Source: an uncultured Gemmatimonadales bacterium
Lineage (GTDB): Bacteria; Gemmatimonadota; Gemmatimonadetes; Gemmatimonadales; GWC2-71-9
Direction: 5' to 3'
Length of the DNA stretch: 64,000 nucleotides
Assembly (NCBI GenBank): GCA_963730185.1
Contig: CAVSQW010000015.1
Coordinates: 1 to 64,000, forward strand
A program made the position numbers and the translations under genes. How positions within the stretch are numbered: the stretch's first letter is position 1; every line of letters starts with the position of its first letter. This document shows, piece by piece, positions 32,810 to 43,116 of this stretch. Under the pieces are notes generated by a model. The model did not search any database. It had not been told where the DNA came from and saw only the letters and a program-made list of their open reading frames with translations.

Positions 32810-33421
32810 TCAGACCGCCAGGATCGTGGTCTGGTCCTGGTCGCGGCTGGGGACCCGGTGGCAGCGGCGGCAGCGGGCCTCGTAGGCCTCGCTCCCACCA
32901 ACCATGATGGTCGGCGAGTCGAACCGGGCGGGCCGGCCGTCGATCAGCCGCTGGTTCCGGGAGGCCAGGTCGCCGCAGACCACGCAGATGGCCTGGAGCT
33001 TGGTGACTTCCTCGGCCACGGCCATGAGATTGCCCATCTCACCGAAGGGCAGTCCGCGGAAATCGGTGTCGGTGCCGGCCAGAATGACCCGGACGCCGCG
33101 GTCGGCCAGGTCGGTCGCGATCTCGACCACGCCGTCGTCGAGGAACTGGACCTCGTCGATGGCCACGACCTCGGTCTCGGGGCGAATCTGGCGGAAGATC
33201 TCGGCGGCGCTGTCGACCGGCACCGCTTCGAGCTCGACGCCGGTGTGGCTCGAGACCAGGGTGATCCCGCCATAGCGGGCATCGAGGTGCGACTTGAAGA
33301 CCTGCACTCGCCGGCGGGCGATCAGCGCGCGACGGACGCGGCGAATCAGCTCTTCGCTCTTGCCACTGAACATGACGCCGGCGATGACTTCGATCGATCC
33401 GGCGCGGGCGGCCTGATACAT
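32810..33421 (-). CDS. tdk: Thymidine kinase
   Basis: [29 protein letters not shown] and CRRC zinc ligands. Confidence 0.97.
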   Translation of the reverse strand: MYQAARAGSIEVIAGVMFSGKSEELIRRVRRALIARRRVQVFKSHLDARYGGITLVSSHTGVELEAVPVDSAAEIFRQIRPETEVVAIDEVQFLDDGVVEIATDLADRGVRVILAGTDTDFRGLPFGEMGNLMAVAEEVTKLQAICVVCGDLASRNQRLIDGRPARFDSPTIMVGGSEAYEARCRRCHRVPSRDQDQTTILAV

Positions 33422-33479
33422 CGACGGGCCCTGTGAGATGGGGTGAGGGGTTCGAGGATAGGCGTCGTTGTCCCGACGG

Positions 33480-34904
33480 TCAAGGCGCGCGCGCTTCACG
33501 ACCCCGATCGAGCCGGGCGGCCAGCCGGCGGCCGCGGAGGGTGCGTCCGGCGAGGCGATCGACGGCGTGTTGGGCCTCGAGGTCTCCCGCGAACTCGATC
33601 AGCGTGAACGTCTCCTTCAGGTCCACCCGACCCACCGTCTCCCGAGGGACGTCGATCTCCGACGTCAGGAACGAGAGCCACTCGCCGAGCGTGACGCCGT
33701 CCTTGCGGCCGGCGTTGACCCAGACCCGGGCGCGCCGGCCGCTCGGCCCGGCCGCCGGATGCGCGGCGGCCTCGTGCCGGTGGCGCGCCTCGGTCCAGAG
33801 GCCGTGCAGGGCCGTGGCGACCTCGGTCGCCTGGTAGCGCTCGAAGAGCGGCGCCAAGGTGGCGAGGGCCGCCCGGTCGTCACCCGCGTCGATCCGGGCT
33901 CGCACCAGACGGCGCTCCTCCGCCATGGCGGCCTGCGCGGTGTCGAGGTGCCCGGGCAGACGCACGGGCTGCCGGTGGGCGATCCATCGGGCGGCGTAGG
34001 GCTCGCTCCCCGGCGGGAGCAGCACCACGGCCCCGCGGGCGGCGAGGTCGCGCAACGTCTCCGGCGGGGGCACGTCGAAGCAGGCGACGAGGGCGGCTTC
34101 CTCCGGCACCTGGGCAGTGACCGTCGGATCGATGCCGCGAGCCCGGAGGCTGGCCCGAATTTGGGGGTGATCGGAGGGCGACGCGGCCCAGACGGTGATC
34201 GTGTCGGCGTCCTCGAGGTCGACGAGATCGCCGAGGGCGCCCAGGCGGTCGTGCCACTGGACGGAGGCGACCCGGGCGCGGAACGCGGCCGGGGCCGTGA
34301 CCGTGCCGCCGACCAGCGGGCCTGCCACCACCGCGCGCCAGGCGTACCGTTCGGCCAGGGACGCGGTGCCTTCGGGATCGGTGGTGACGATGAGTCGGGG
34401 GACGGTCCGGGGCAGCTCGTTGAAGAACGGCACCAGCGGCTCGTCGGACGGCAGGAGCTCGGGCCAGATCAACACCAAGGCGCGGATCCGCTCGAGCGGG
34501 AGGCCACCTCGGCTCTGGAGCGCGGCGATGGTCTCCGGGGAGGCCACCAGTCCGGCGGTCTCGGGCGCGTGGGCCAGCCGACCGGCGCGGCCCGGCCCCG
34601 CGGCATAGGCGACGGCCCGGCCCAAGGCGGGCGCGAGTCGCGCGGCGAACGAGGCCCATGCCTCCGCGGCGCCGTCGGGTGCCATCAGGAGCGTGAAGCC
34701 GGGGGATGGGTCGGAGGAGGCCAAGGCGAGCGCGGCGGCGACGCCGGGCGCGGCGTACACGGGTGCGGGCGGCGCGGCCAGCACGGCGTGATTGCCCCGG
34801 AGCAGAGCCGGGACGACCGTTCGGGTGACGGGGTGGTCTTGCCCCATCCCGAGCGCTTCAAGCGCGCCCGACACGGCGGGCGGCAGCTTCGTTCCTTCCG
34901 ACAC
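33480..34904 (-). CDS. Degenerate DEAD-box helicase-like protein with C-terminal DbpA RNA-binding domain
   Basis: GAGGGA before GTG 34904; C-terminal [11 protein letters not shown]...[16 protein letters not shown]-terminus follows the DEAD-box layout without GKT or DEAD. Confidence 0.7.
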   Translation of the reverse strand: MSEGTKLPPAVSGALEALGMGQDHPVTRTVVPALLRGNHAVLAAPPAPVYAAPGVAAALALASSDPSPGFTLLMAPDGAAEAWASFAARLAPALGRAVAYAAGPGRAGRLAHAPETAGLVASPETIAALQSRGGLPLERIRALVLIWPELLPSDEPLVPFFNELPRTVPRLIVTTDPEGTASLAERYAWRAVVAGPLVGGTVTAPAAFRARVASVQWHDRLGALGDLVDLEDADTITVWAASPSDHPQIRASLRARGIDPTVTAQVPEEAALVACFDVPPPETLRDLAARGAVVLLPPGSEPYAARWIAHRQPVRLPGHLDTAQAAMAEERRLVRARIDAGDDRAALATLAPLFERYQATEVATALHGLWTEARHRHEAAAHPAAGPSGRRARVWVNAGRKDGVTLGEWLSFLTSEIDVPRETVGRVDLKETFTLIEFAGDLEAQHAVDRLAGRTLRGRRLAARLDRGREARAP

Positions 34905-35007
34905 GGTTCCCTCGGTTGTCAAAAGAGCGGAGCGAAAGGAATAGCATTGACTTCGCCTGCGCAACCGGGAAGCTTTCGCCGCGATTCCCCCATCCGGATT
35001 GCTCGCC

Positions 35008-36231
35008 GTGACCAAAGTGCTTCGTCTCCCGGACCCGTTGTCCGCGAATCTGCAGCATCTCAAAGGCTCCGAAACCATCGCGATCAGCGCCGAGGCGCGA
35101 CGGCTCCGGGCTGAGGGGAAGGACGTCATCGACCTGAGCGTCGGCGAGCCGGACTTCGACACCCCGGCGCCGGTGGCGCAGGCCGGCGTTCAGGCGATTC
35201 AGAAGGGGTTCACCCGCTATCCGCCCAACGCCGGAACGGCCGATCTCCGGGCCGCGATCGCGAGCCACCTGAGCGCCCTGTCCGGCGGGCGGGCGGTCAA
35301 TCCGGACCAGGTGGTGGTCAGCTCCGGCTCCAAGCAGGCGCTCTTCAACGCCTGCTTCAGCCTCTTCGGTCCCAAGGACAAGGTGCTGATTCCCTCGCCC
35401 GCGTGGGTGTCGTATCCGCAGATCGTAGACTTGTCCCGGGCCACCCCGGTGATGGTGCCCGGCGATTCCGACTGGGGGCTCAAGGTCGGAGTGAAGGACC
35501 TCGAGCGGCACGCCGACAAGCTGGTGCGGGGGCTGATCCTTTGTTCGCCGTGCAATCCGACCGGCTCGGTCTACACCCTGACCGAGCTCAAGGCGATCGC
35601 CGACTGGGCCCGGGAGAACCACGTCTGGATCATCAGCGACGAGATCTACCGGCGGATCTACTACGGCTCCGGCGCCGCGCCCTCGATGTTCGACCTGCCG
35701 GACGAGTATCTGGAGCGGGCCGTGGTCATCTACGGGGCCAGCAAGGCGTACGCGATGACCGGCTGGCGGATCGGCTCGGCCTACGCGCCGCCCCACGTCG
35801 CCAAGGCGATGGCCAACCTCCAGTCGCATACCACCGCCGGCGCCAACCACCCGGCCCAGATCGCGGCCACCGCCGCATTCAGCGATCCCAAGGTGGAGCA
35901 GGACGTGGTCCGGATGACGGCCGCCTTCCGGCGCCGGCGTGACACGCTGGTCGAGAGTCTGCGGCGCGACGTCCCCGGGGTGGAGTTCGTCGAGCCGCAC
36001 GGCGCCTTCTACCTCTTCTTTCGGGTGGACGGGTTCGGTCCCAACCACGACACCACCGGCACCGCGTTCGCCGCCAAGCTGATCTCGGAGTTCGGGGTGG
36101 CGTCGGTCCCAGGCGGAGCCTTCGGCGACGACCGGTGGGTCCGGCTCAGCTACGCCGTCTCGGACAAGGAGCTCGACCGGGCGATCACCCGGATCCTCTC
36201 CTGCATCGAGGCGATCGGGCAGGGCCAGTGA
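35008..36231 (+). CDS. PLP-dependent class I aminotransferase (aspartate aminotransferase-like)
   Basis: LSVGEPDF, SPCNPTG, ISDEIY, SKAYAMTGWRIG; exact start uncertain. Confidence 0.95.
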   Translation: MTKVLRLPDPLSANLQHLKGSETIAISAEARRLRAEGKDVIDLSVGEPDFDTPAPVAQAGVQAIQKGFTRYPPNAGTADLRAAIASHLSALSGGRAVNPDQVVVSSGSKQALFNACFSLFGPKDKVLIPSPAWVSYPQIVDLSRATPVMVPGDSDWGLKVGVKDLERHADKLVRGLILCSPCNPTGSVYTLTELKAIADWARENHVWIISDEIYRRIYYGSGAAPSMFDLPDEYLERAVVIYGASKAYAMTGWRIGSAYAPPHVAKAMANLQSHTTAGANHPAQIAATAAFSDPKVEQDVVRMTAAFRRRRDTLVESLRRDVPGVEFVEPHGAFYLFFRVDGFGPNHDTTGTAFAAKLISEFGVASVPGGAFGDDRWVRLSYAVSDKELDRAITRILSCIEAIGQGQ

Positions 36232-36256
36232 CCGGCCGGCGCCTCGCGGCCGAGGG

Positions 36257-37198
36257 GTGGTCGCCCGAGCCATGAGGCGGAGCCTCGTGATCGAGCGGAT
36301 CCGCCGCCGGCTCGGCGCCCGCGGCTACGCCACCGCCACGTCGCTCCCCTCGGCGGTCGACGGTCGGGCCGACGAATTTCGCCTGGTCCCCGCCCGGGTC
36401 CTGGACGACGCCCCCCTCTTGGCGCATCCGGTGGGCCCACCCACTGCCTGTTCCGAGCCGATCGCGTTTCTCGACGGGGTGCAGCGCCTGGAGGTCGTGG
36501 GCTTCTCCGAGGCGACGCCGATCGTGGTCGCCGAGATCGCGGCGGCGGTCCGGCTCCGGACCGGCCGCGAGTTCAAGACGGTGGTTCGGGACGAGCGCCG
36601 GCTGGTGGTGAGCGCGCCGGAGGTGCTCGACGAGCTGGGCGAGTCGGCCGCCGAGTGCGAGGCCTGGCCGCTCGACGTCGAGGACCCGGCGGTAGGGCAC
36701 CCGCTCCGGGCTCTGGAGCTGGCTCGGAAGCGGGTCGACCAGCGCCGGGCCACGCTGGAGCATCAGGTGGGCGACGCCTTTCGCCGCCGGTCCGATGCCT
36801 GGCTGGTGGTCGATGGCGTGCTCAACGACAGCGCCGCGTGGTCCGCCGACCCGCGGGCCATCGGGGTCTCGAAGAGCCACGCCACCCTCCCGTTCGAGGG
36901 TGACGACCTCTTGACCTATCTCCGCCTGCCGGCCGGCCACCGCTCGTCGGTGTTCGAGCCTGGGACCTGGCGGATCGGTCCGGTCCACGCCTGGGGCCTC
37001 CGCCTCTGGGAATGGGAGGGTCACGATCTGCTGCACGGCCTGGTCCGGATCGAGGCGGCCGTCTCCGCGGAGCCCGACGCCCGCGCGGACGAGATTTCCC
37101 GCTGGATCCTGGCGGAACGGGTGCCGCTGAGTCGCCCGGACCCGCGGTGGGATAGGCTGCTGTACGGCGTGGCGACGGTGGAAAGAGCGATCGGATAG
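36257..37198 (+). CDS. NurA-like nuclease (RNase H-like fold)
   Basis: Acidic motifs IAFLDG, TLEHQ, WLVVDG, IGVSKS and late GLVRIE; lies directly upstream of the HerA-like ATPase; alternative start at ATG 36272. Confidence 0.7.
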   Translation: MVARAMRRSLVIERIRRRLGARGYATATSLPSAVDGRADEFRLVPARVLDDAPLLAHPVGPPTACSEPIAFLDGVQRLEVVGFSEATPIVVAEIAAAVRLRTGREFKTVVRDERRLVVSAPEVLDELGESAAECEAWPLDVEDPAVGHPLRALELARKRVDQRRATLEHQVGDAFRRRSDAWLVVDGVLNDSAAWSADPRAIGVSKSHATLPFEGDDLLTYLRLPAGHRSSVFEPGTWRIGPVHAWGLRLWEWEGHDLLHGLVRIEAAVSAEPDARADEISRWILAERVPLSRPDPRWDRLLYGVATVERAIG

Positions 37199-37522
37199 GG
37201 AGTGGGGACTTGTGAGTGGTGAATAGGGAGTGAGTTAGGAGGGGAGTGGGCGATAGGGGTGGCCGGGTCCGGTGGCGGCTCCTGCTCGCCGATGCGACGC
37301 AGGGCTCGGTTCCCGGCGACTCGCGCGGGCCGCCCCTCGCCGCTTCCCCCCGCCGCTCCCTACCCAACTCCCTCCCCACTCACTACCCTACTCTCAACGC
37401 CTACTCACTCCCGTACTCCCAACCGCCTACTCACTCCCCTACTCCCAACCGCCTACTCACTCCCCTACTCCCAACCGCCTACTCACTCCCTATTCACCAC
37501 TCACAAGTCCCCACTCCCTATC
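37194..37522. mobile_element. MITE-like/palindromic element with perfect 42-bp terminal inverted repeats
   Basis: 37194-37235 GATAGGGAGTGGGGACTTGTGAGTGGTGAATAGGGAGTGAGT is the exact reverse complement of 37481-37522; no credible coding capacity; mobility not shown. Confidence 0.55.
37387..37489. repeat. 26-bp tandem repeat, about 4 units
   Basis: CCTACTCCCAACCGCCTACTCACTCC units head to tail; first unit degenerate. Confidence 0.85.
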
Positions 37523-37525
37523 ACC

Positions 37526-39443
37526 ATGGTCGGCCGCGTCGTAGCCACGGAGCTCAAACCAGCACCCCGCACCAGTTCCTCTTCTGGACGGCGCGGGACG
37601 CGGTGGTGGGGATCGGCTCGATCGTGCGGGTCGAGGGTGACGGGCGGGTCGTCTACGGGGTGGTGACCGACGCGTTCGCCTACAGCGATCTGGCGGGCGC
37701 CGATGGACGCCGTATTCGCCGCCGACGGCGACCCGGCGAGCGCCGTCGATCCCAGCCGGCGGAGCGAGATCCGCCTCTATCAGACGGCGGTGCTCCGCCA
37801 CGAGCCCGAGGAGCCGCTCCAGCCGGTGCCGCTGGGCGAGGTGTACCTCGCGACGGACGCCGACGTGGCCACGGCGCTCCGGATGGACGCCTTTCTCGGC
37901 GGGGAGAAGCCCACCGGGATGCCGGTCGGGCTCTACGCCGCGGGCGGGCTCGAGGCCCCGGTCTACCTCGACGCCGAGTTCCTGCTCGGCCCCGAGGCGG
38001 CGCACCTCAACATCAACGGCGTCTCCGGTCTCGCCACCAAGACCTCGCGCGATCGAGTTTTTCCTCGCGAGCATCTTCCAGACCTTCCCGGCCCACAAAG
38101 GGACGGGTCGCGGCGCTCTGCTTCAACGTGAAGGGGCCCGATCTGCTCTTCCTCGACCAACCGGGGCCGCTGTCGCAACGACGACCGCCACATGTACGAG
38201 CGGCTGGGTCTCGAGGCCAGGCCGTTCGAGCGGGTCCGCTACTTCGCGCCCTTCAAGCCCGACGGCGTCAACCTCAACACCCTCCGCACCCACCCCGAGC
38301 TGCCGCACCACGGAGCCGTTGGTGTGGGGGCTCCGCGAGGTGCTCGACTATCACCGAGGTGCTGCTCAACCGCGACGACGTCGATGCCAAGGCCGACGCC
38401 TTCATCGACTTTCTGGCGGAGCGGGTGATCGGCCGCGAGTTCCACGACGAGATCCTGGGCCAGACCTTCACGGTCCGGAGCTTCGCCGAGCTGGAGCAGT
38501 TCTTCCGGCGATCTTCAACTTTCTCGAGATGCAGACCCGGGGCGGAGAGATCTGGCGGACCCACCACATCGCCACCATCCGAAAGATCCGGAACCGCCTG
38601 GGCAACATCAGTACCCGGTCCAAGGGGCTGGTGACCGACGACGGCGAGGTGAACGACCTGCCCTGGGGCGCCTTCGAGGACCGGGCCACCTACGTGGTCG
38701 ACGTCGCCGGGCTCGATCCCCTGGCGCAGGACCTGGTGTTCGCCCGGGTGGTCTCCAAGCTCCGGGAGCACCTGGAACGGCGCGACCTGGGCGTGGAGCA
38801 CGTGGTGGTCTTTGTCGACGAGCTCAACAAGTACGCCCCCCAGGAGGGGCCGGACACCTACGTCCGGAAGATGCTCCTCGACCTCTCGGAGCGAGGCCGC
38901 TATCTCGGGCTGGTGCTCTTCTCGGCCCAGCAGTTCCGGTCGCAGGTGCACAAGCGGGTGATCGGCAACGCCGGCACCTCCGTCTTCGGCCGGCTGGATC
39001 CGGACGAATTGGCGACACCGGGTTATGCGATCCTGTCTCCGGCCATCAAGGCCAAGCTCGCCGCCCTCCCCAAGGGCGAGCTGATGCTCCGGCACCCCCA
39101 CTTTACCCAGCCGGTGTTCGTCCGCTTTCCCCGGCCGGCCGTGCTGGCCGGACGGGATGGGATCGACCGCTACCCGCCGGAGGCCGAGGTCCCGTTCGAG
39201 GACGCGGTGGTCCGGCGGCTCCGGGCCCTGGACCCGAAGATCCCGACCAACCGGCTCCGGGATCTGGTCTCCGGCCGGGCGCCCGACGACGTGGTGCGGG
39301 CCCTCCACGCCACCATCCGGACCCGCCCGGACGACGTGATGGCCTTCTTCGTGAAGTGCCTCGGCCGGGAGGTTCCGACCCGGACGGTCGCCCCGCGGGC
39401 CGGCGTCCCACCCCTCCGAATCACGGACGACCCCTACGCCTGA
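37526..39443 (+). CDS. herA: HerA/FtsK-family ATPase, with multiple frameshifts in the 5' half
   Basis: Stitched frames give an HAS-barrel-like N-terminus (MVGRVVATE...VYGVV), variant Walker A NINGVSGLATKTS, FNVKG, Walker B VVFVDELNKY and ERGRYLGLVLFSAQQ; about 8 single-base indels between 37560 and 38510. Confidence 0.8.
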
Positions 39444-39511
39444 GCTGAGTTGACGGCCGTTTCGGGCGCCCGGCCGCTTGCGGCCCCCCAATCGGCAAGC
39501 GATTCTCCAGC

Positions 39512-40693
39512 GTGCGCTTAGCCCATCTCGCCGACCTCCATCTCGGCTACCGCCAGTACCACCGTCAGACGGCCGCCGGGATCAACCAGCGGGAGGCCGA
39601 CGTCGCCCAGGCCTTCCGGGCCGCGATCGACGGCGTCATCGAGGCGCGCCCCGACCTCATCGTGGTCGCGGGCGACCTCTTTCATGCGGTCCGTCCGACC
39701 AACCAGGCGATCGTCTTCTGCTTCCGGCAGTTCCAGCGGATCCGGGCCGCGCTCCCCGACGTCCCGGTCGTGCTGGTCGCGGGGAACCATGACACGCCGC
39801 GGGCGACGGAGACCGGCTCGATCCTCCGACTGTTCGCGGAGCTGGGCTTCGACGTCGTCGCCGACGAGGCGAAACGTCTCCCCTTTCCCAAGCTCGATCT
39901 CTCGGTCCTGGCGGTGCCCCATAGCGCGCTCACGGCCGGCGAGCGACCCCGGCTCCGGGCCGAGGGGACGGCGCGCTACCAGGTGTTGGTGACCCACGGC
40001 GAGGTCGAGGGCCTCTTCCCGCTGGACCGGTGGTGGGCCGAGCCGGGTGGGGCGGTCCTCGACCCGGTCGAGCTGGCCGAGGGCGACTGGTCGTACGTGG
40101 CGCTGGGTCACTATCACGTGCAGAAGCAGGTCGGCGAGCGGGCGTGGTATGCCGGCGCCCTCGACTACGTCACCCCCAACCCCTGGGGCGAGCTGATCGA
40201 GGAGCGGAAGTCCAAGGTCAAGGGCAAGGGCTGGCTGCTGGTGGACCTCGACTCGGGCCGGGTGGAGTCGCACCCGGTCAAGACGCCCCGGAGCTTCCTC
40301 GACCTCAAGCCGATCGAAGCCCGCGACCTTCCTGCCTCGGAGCTGGATCAGGAGATCGCCGCCCGCCTCGGGAGTGTCCGGGGCGGGATCGCCGACAAGG
40401 TCGTCCGCTTGGTCGTGCACGACGTGGCCCGCCACCTGGTCCGGGAGCTCGATCATGCCGCGATCCGGGCCGCCAAGGCGAGCGCCCTTCACCTCCATCT
40501 CGACTTCCGCCGTCCGGAGGCGCATCGCACCGTCGGCGTGGGCGCCCCGGGGCCGCGGCAGACGCTGGTGGACGTGCTCCGGAGCTATCTCGCCAACCGG
40601 CCGCTCCCGGAACGGGTGGATCGCGAGCGGTTCGTGCGCGAAGGCGTGGCCCTGCTCGAAGCCGCCACCGCGGACGTCGAGGGGACGGCCTGA
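39512..40693 (+). CDS. sbcD: Mre11/SbcD family nuclease
   Basis: DLHLG, AGDLF, GNHD, THG, ALGHYH phosphoesterase motifs. Confidence 0.92.
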   Translation: MRLAHLADLHLGYRQYHRQTAAGINQREADVAQAFRAAIDGVIEARPDLIVVAGDLFHAVRPTNQAIVFCFRQFQRIRAALPDVPVVLVAGNHDTPRATETGSILRLFAELGFDVVADEAKRLPFPKLDLSVLAVPHSALTAGERPRLRAEGTARYQVLVTHGEVEGLFPLDRWWAEPGGAVLDPVELAEGDWSYVALGHYHVQKQVGERAWYAGALDYVTPNPWGELIEERKSKVKGKGWLLVDLDSGRVESHPVKTPRSFLDLKPIEARDLPASELDQEIAARLGSVRGGIADKVVRLVVHDVARHLVRELDHAAIRAAKASALHLHLDFRRPEAHRTVGVGAPGPRQTLVDVLRSYLANRPLPERVDRERFVREGVALLEAATADVEGTA

Positions 40694-43116
40694 TGCTGAT
40701 CCGCCGGGTTCGGCTGCTCAACTTCCGCCAGCACGCCGACACGGTGCTGGAGCTGGCGGAGGGCCTCACCGGTATCGTGGGGCCCAACGGGGCGGGGAAG
40801 ACCACCCTGCTCGAGGCGATCGCCTGGGCGATGTACGGCACCCCGGCGGCCCGGGGGACCCGCGACACGATCCGCCGTCGCTCGGCGCCGCCCCGCTCAC
40901 GGGTGGAAGTGGAGCTCGAGTTCCAGCTCGGCCCGCACCGCTACCGCGTGGTCCGGTCGCTCCAGTCGGCGGCGCTCTATCAGGACGACGAGCCGGCCGC
41001 GATCGCGAACAGTCCGGGGGCGGTGACCGAGAAGGTCACCCGGATCCTCCGGATGACCCGCGAGGAGTTCTTCAACACCTACTTCACCGGGCAGAAGGAG
41101 CTGGCCATCATGGCGTCGATGTCGGCGCCGGATCGAGCCCGGTTCCTGAGCCGGGTGTTGGGGTACGATCGGTTGGCGGCGGCCCAGGTCCGTCTCAAGG
41201 AAGCTCGTTCCGCCCTCCGGGCCTCGCTCCAGACGGCGGAGCACGGGCTGATCGACGCCGCGTCGCTGGCGACCGAGGAGCGTGAGGCCGACGCCCGGCT
41301 GGCCACCGCCGGCACGGCGTTGGAGCAGAGCCGGGCGCATGCCGCCGCCGGCGCCGAGGCCTTCCAGACCCTGGTGCCGGTCTGGGAGTCGCTTCAGCGC
41401 CGCCGGGAAGAGGTCCTCTCGGTCGAGACCGACCTCAAGGTCGCCGCCCACCAGGCCGACGAAGCCCGCCGTACCTTCGAGGGCATGGACCGGGAGTTGG
41501 CCGAATCGCTCGCCGCCAAGACCAAGCGGGACGCTCTCTTGCCGGCGCTGGCCGACTGGGAGCCGCTGGTCAAGGAGCGCGATGCCCTGGACGCGGACGC
41601 CCAGGCCTTCTCGGGCCGGCGGGCCCTCGAGGCCCGAGTCGGCGAGGTCAAGGCTGCCCTGACCGCGGCCGCGGCCCGCCTGGAACGGCTCCCCCGGTCG
41701 AACCGGGTAGACATAACCCGTAGCGATCTGGCCACGGCCCGGGAGACGGCGGCCCGGGCGGTGTTGGCGGTGGAAGAGCGCCACACGGTCTGGGTCCGCG
41801 ACAAGCAGGACGCGGAGACCCAGCGGAAGAACCTGCTCCAGCAGCACGAGGACGTCGCCAAGCAGCTGGAGCGCCTCCGGGCCACCGGCCCCACCGTGGT
41901 CTGTCCCACCTGCGGCAAGCCCCTCGGCAAAGAGTACGAGGCCGTCCTCGACGACCTTCAGACCCGGCACGACGACATCCTGTTCCAGGGCAAGTTCTAT
42001 CGCCAGCGGATCGACCAGCTTACCCCGGAGCCGCCCGAGCTCAAGCAGGCCCGGGCGGCCGCGGAGCAGGACGAGAAGCGCGTCGCCGAGCTGACCCGCA
42101 CCCTGGCCCAGGTCGAGGCGGCGGTGGCCGAGCGGGCCGGGGTCGAGCGGGAGCGGGCGCAGCTGGCCGAGCGCCTGGCCGACCTGGAACGGGAGCTGGC
42201 CGCCGTGCCGGGGCGGTACGACGAGGAGCGCCACCGGCAGGTGCGGGCCCGGCTGGCCCAGCTGGAGCCGCTCCGGGAGCAGGTGACCCGGCTGACCGTG
42301 GCCGCCGACCGGGGCGCCCAGTTGATGCCTCGGGCGGCCGAGGCCGAGCAGGTGCTCTCCAAGGCCGAGGCCAGGGTGATCGAGCTCCGCCACCGGTTGC
42401 AGGAGTTCGGCTGGTCGAGCGAGACCTTCGAGCAGACCCGCACGGCCTATCAGCGGGCCGACCAGGAGCGGCAGGTCGCCGAGGTGCGCCGGGTCCGGGC
42501 CGAGTCCGAGCTGGCCGCCGCCAACGAGCATCGGGGGGCGGTCGCCCGGCGACGGGCCGAGCGGCAGACCCGGCTCCGGGAGGTGGAGCGGCTGGGGAGC
42601 GAGGTGGCCCTGAACCAGGAGCTGGACCGGGCCTTCACCGATCTCCGCGAGGAGCTCAACGCGACCATCCGGCCCGACCTGTCCGACTCGGCCTCGGCCT
42701 TGCTCCGGGATCTGTCGGGAGGGCGGTATGCCGACCTCGAGCTGGACGAGAACTACATGCCGACCATCGTGGACGACGGCGAACCCAAGACCGTGATCTC
42801 CGGCGGCGAGGAAGACGTCGCCAACCTGGCCCTCCGGCTGGCCATCAGCCAGATGATCGCCGACCGGGCCGGCCAGCCGTTCTCGCTCCTGGTGCTCGAC
42901 GAGATCTTCGGCTCGCTCGACGAGGAGCGGCGGATGGCGGTCCTGGACCTGCTCCGGAGTCTGGCCGACCGGTTCCCGCAGGTCATCCTCATCACCCACA
43001 TCGAATCGGTTCGCGACGGCTTCGACCGGGTGATCCGGATCGCGTACGACGTGGAGCGGGGCCTCGCGACCGCGCGCGAGGAACGCCTGGGTGAGGTGCC
43101 TCATGTGGCGGCGTGA
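40693..43116 (+). CDS. sbcC: Rad50/SbcC family SMC-like ATPase
   Basis: TGATG coupling; GPNGAGKTT, Q-loop FTGQ, zinc hook CPTC, ISGGE, LVLDEIFGSLD, ITH. Confidence 0.93.
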   Translation: MLIRRVRLLNFRQHADTVLELAEGLTGIVGPNGAGKTTLLEAIAWAMYGTPAARGTRDTIRRRSAPPRSRVEVELEFQLGPHRYRVVRSLQSAALYQDDEPAAIANSPGAVTEKVTRILRMTREEFFNTYFTGQKELAIMASMSAPDRARFLSRVLGYDRLAAAQVRLKEARSALRASLQTAEHGLIDAASLATEEREADARLATAGTALEQSRAHAAAGAEAFQTLVPVWESLQRRREEVLSVETDLKVAAHQADEARRTFEGMDRELAESLAAKTKRDALLPALADWEPLVKERDALDADAQAFSGRRALEARVGEVKAALTAAAARLERLPRSNRVDITRSDLATARETAARAVLAVEERHTVWVRDKQDAETQRKNLLQQHEDVAKQLERLRATGPTVVCPTCGKPLGKEYEAVLDDLQTRHDDILFQGKFYRQRIDQLTPEPPELKQARAAAEQDEKRVAELTRTLAQVEAAVAERAGVERERAQLAERLADLERELAAVPGRYDEERHRQVRARLAQLEPLREQVTRLTVAADRGAQLMPRAAEAEQVLSKAEARVIELRHRLQEFGWSSETFEQTRTAYQRADQERQVAEVRRVRAESELAAANEHRGAVARRRAERQTRLREVERLGSEVALNQELDRAFTDLREELNATIRPDLSDSASALLRDLSGGRYADLELDENYMPTIVDDGEPKTVISGGEEDVANLALRLAISQMIADRAGQPFSLLVLDEIFGSLDEERRMAVLDLLRSLADRFPQVILITHIESVRDGFDRVIRIAYDVERGLATAREERLGEVPHVAA

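Noticed and set aside
37387..37489. 26-bp repeats as a CRISPR array
   Set aside because: Units are head to tail with no spacers, and no cas genes are present
37246..37525. Pro/Thr/Leu-rich ORFs across the repeat element
   Set aside because: Translations of low-complexity repeat DNA with no start signals
36257..39443. HerA as an anti-phage system (Sir2-HerA or DUF4297-HerA type)
   Set aside because: The partner looks NurA-like, the neighbours are Mre11/Rad50 and housekeeping genes, and there is no island signature; a defence role is not excluded but is unsupported
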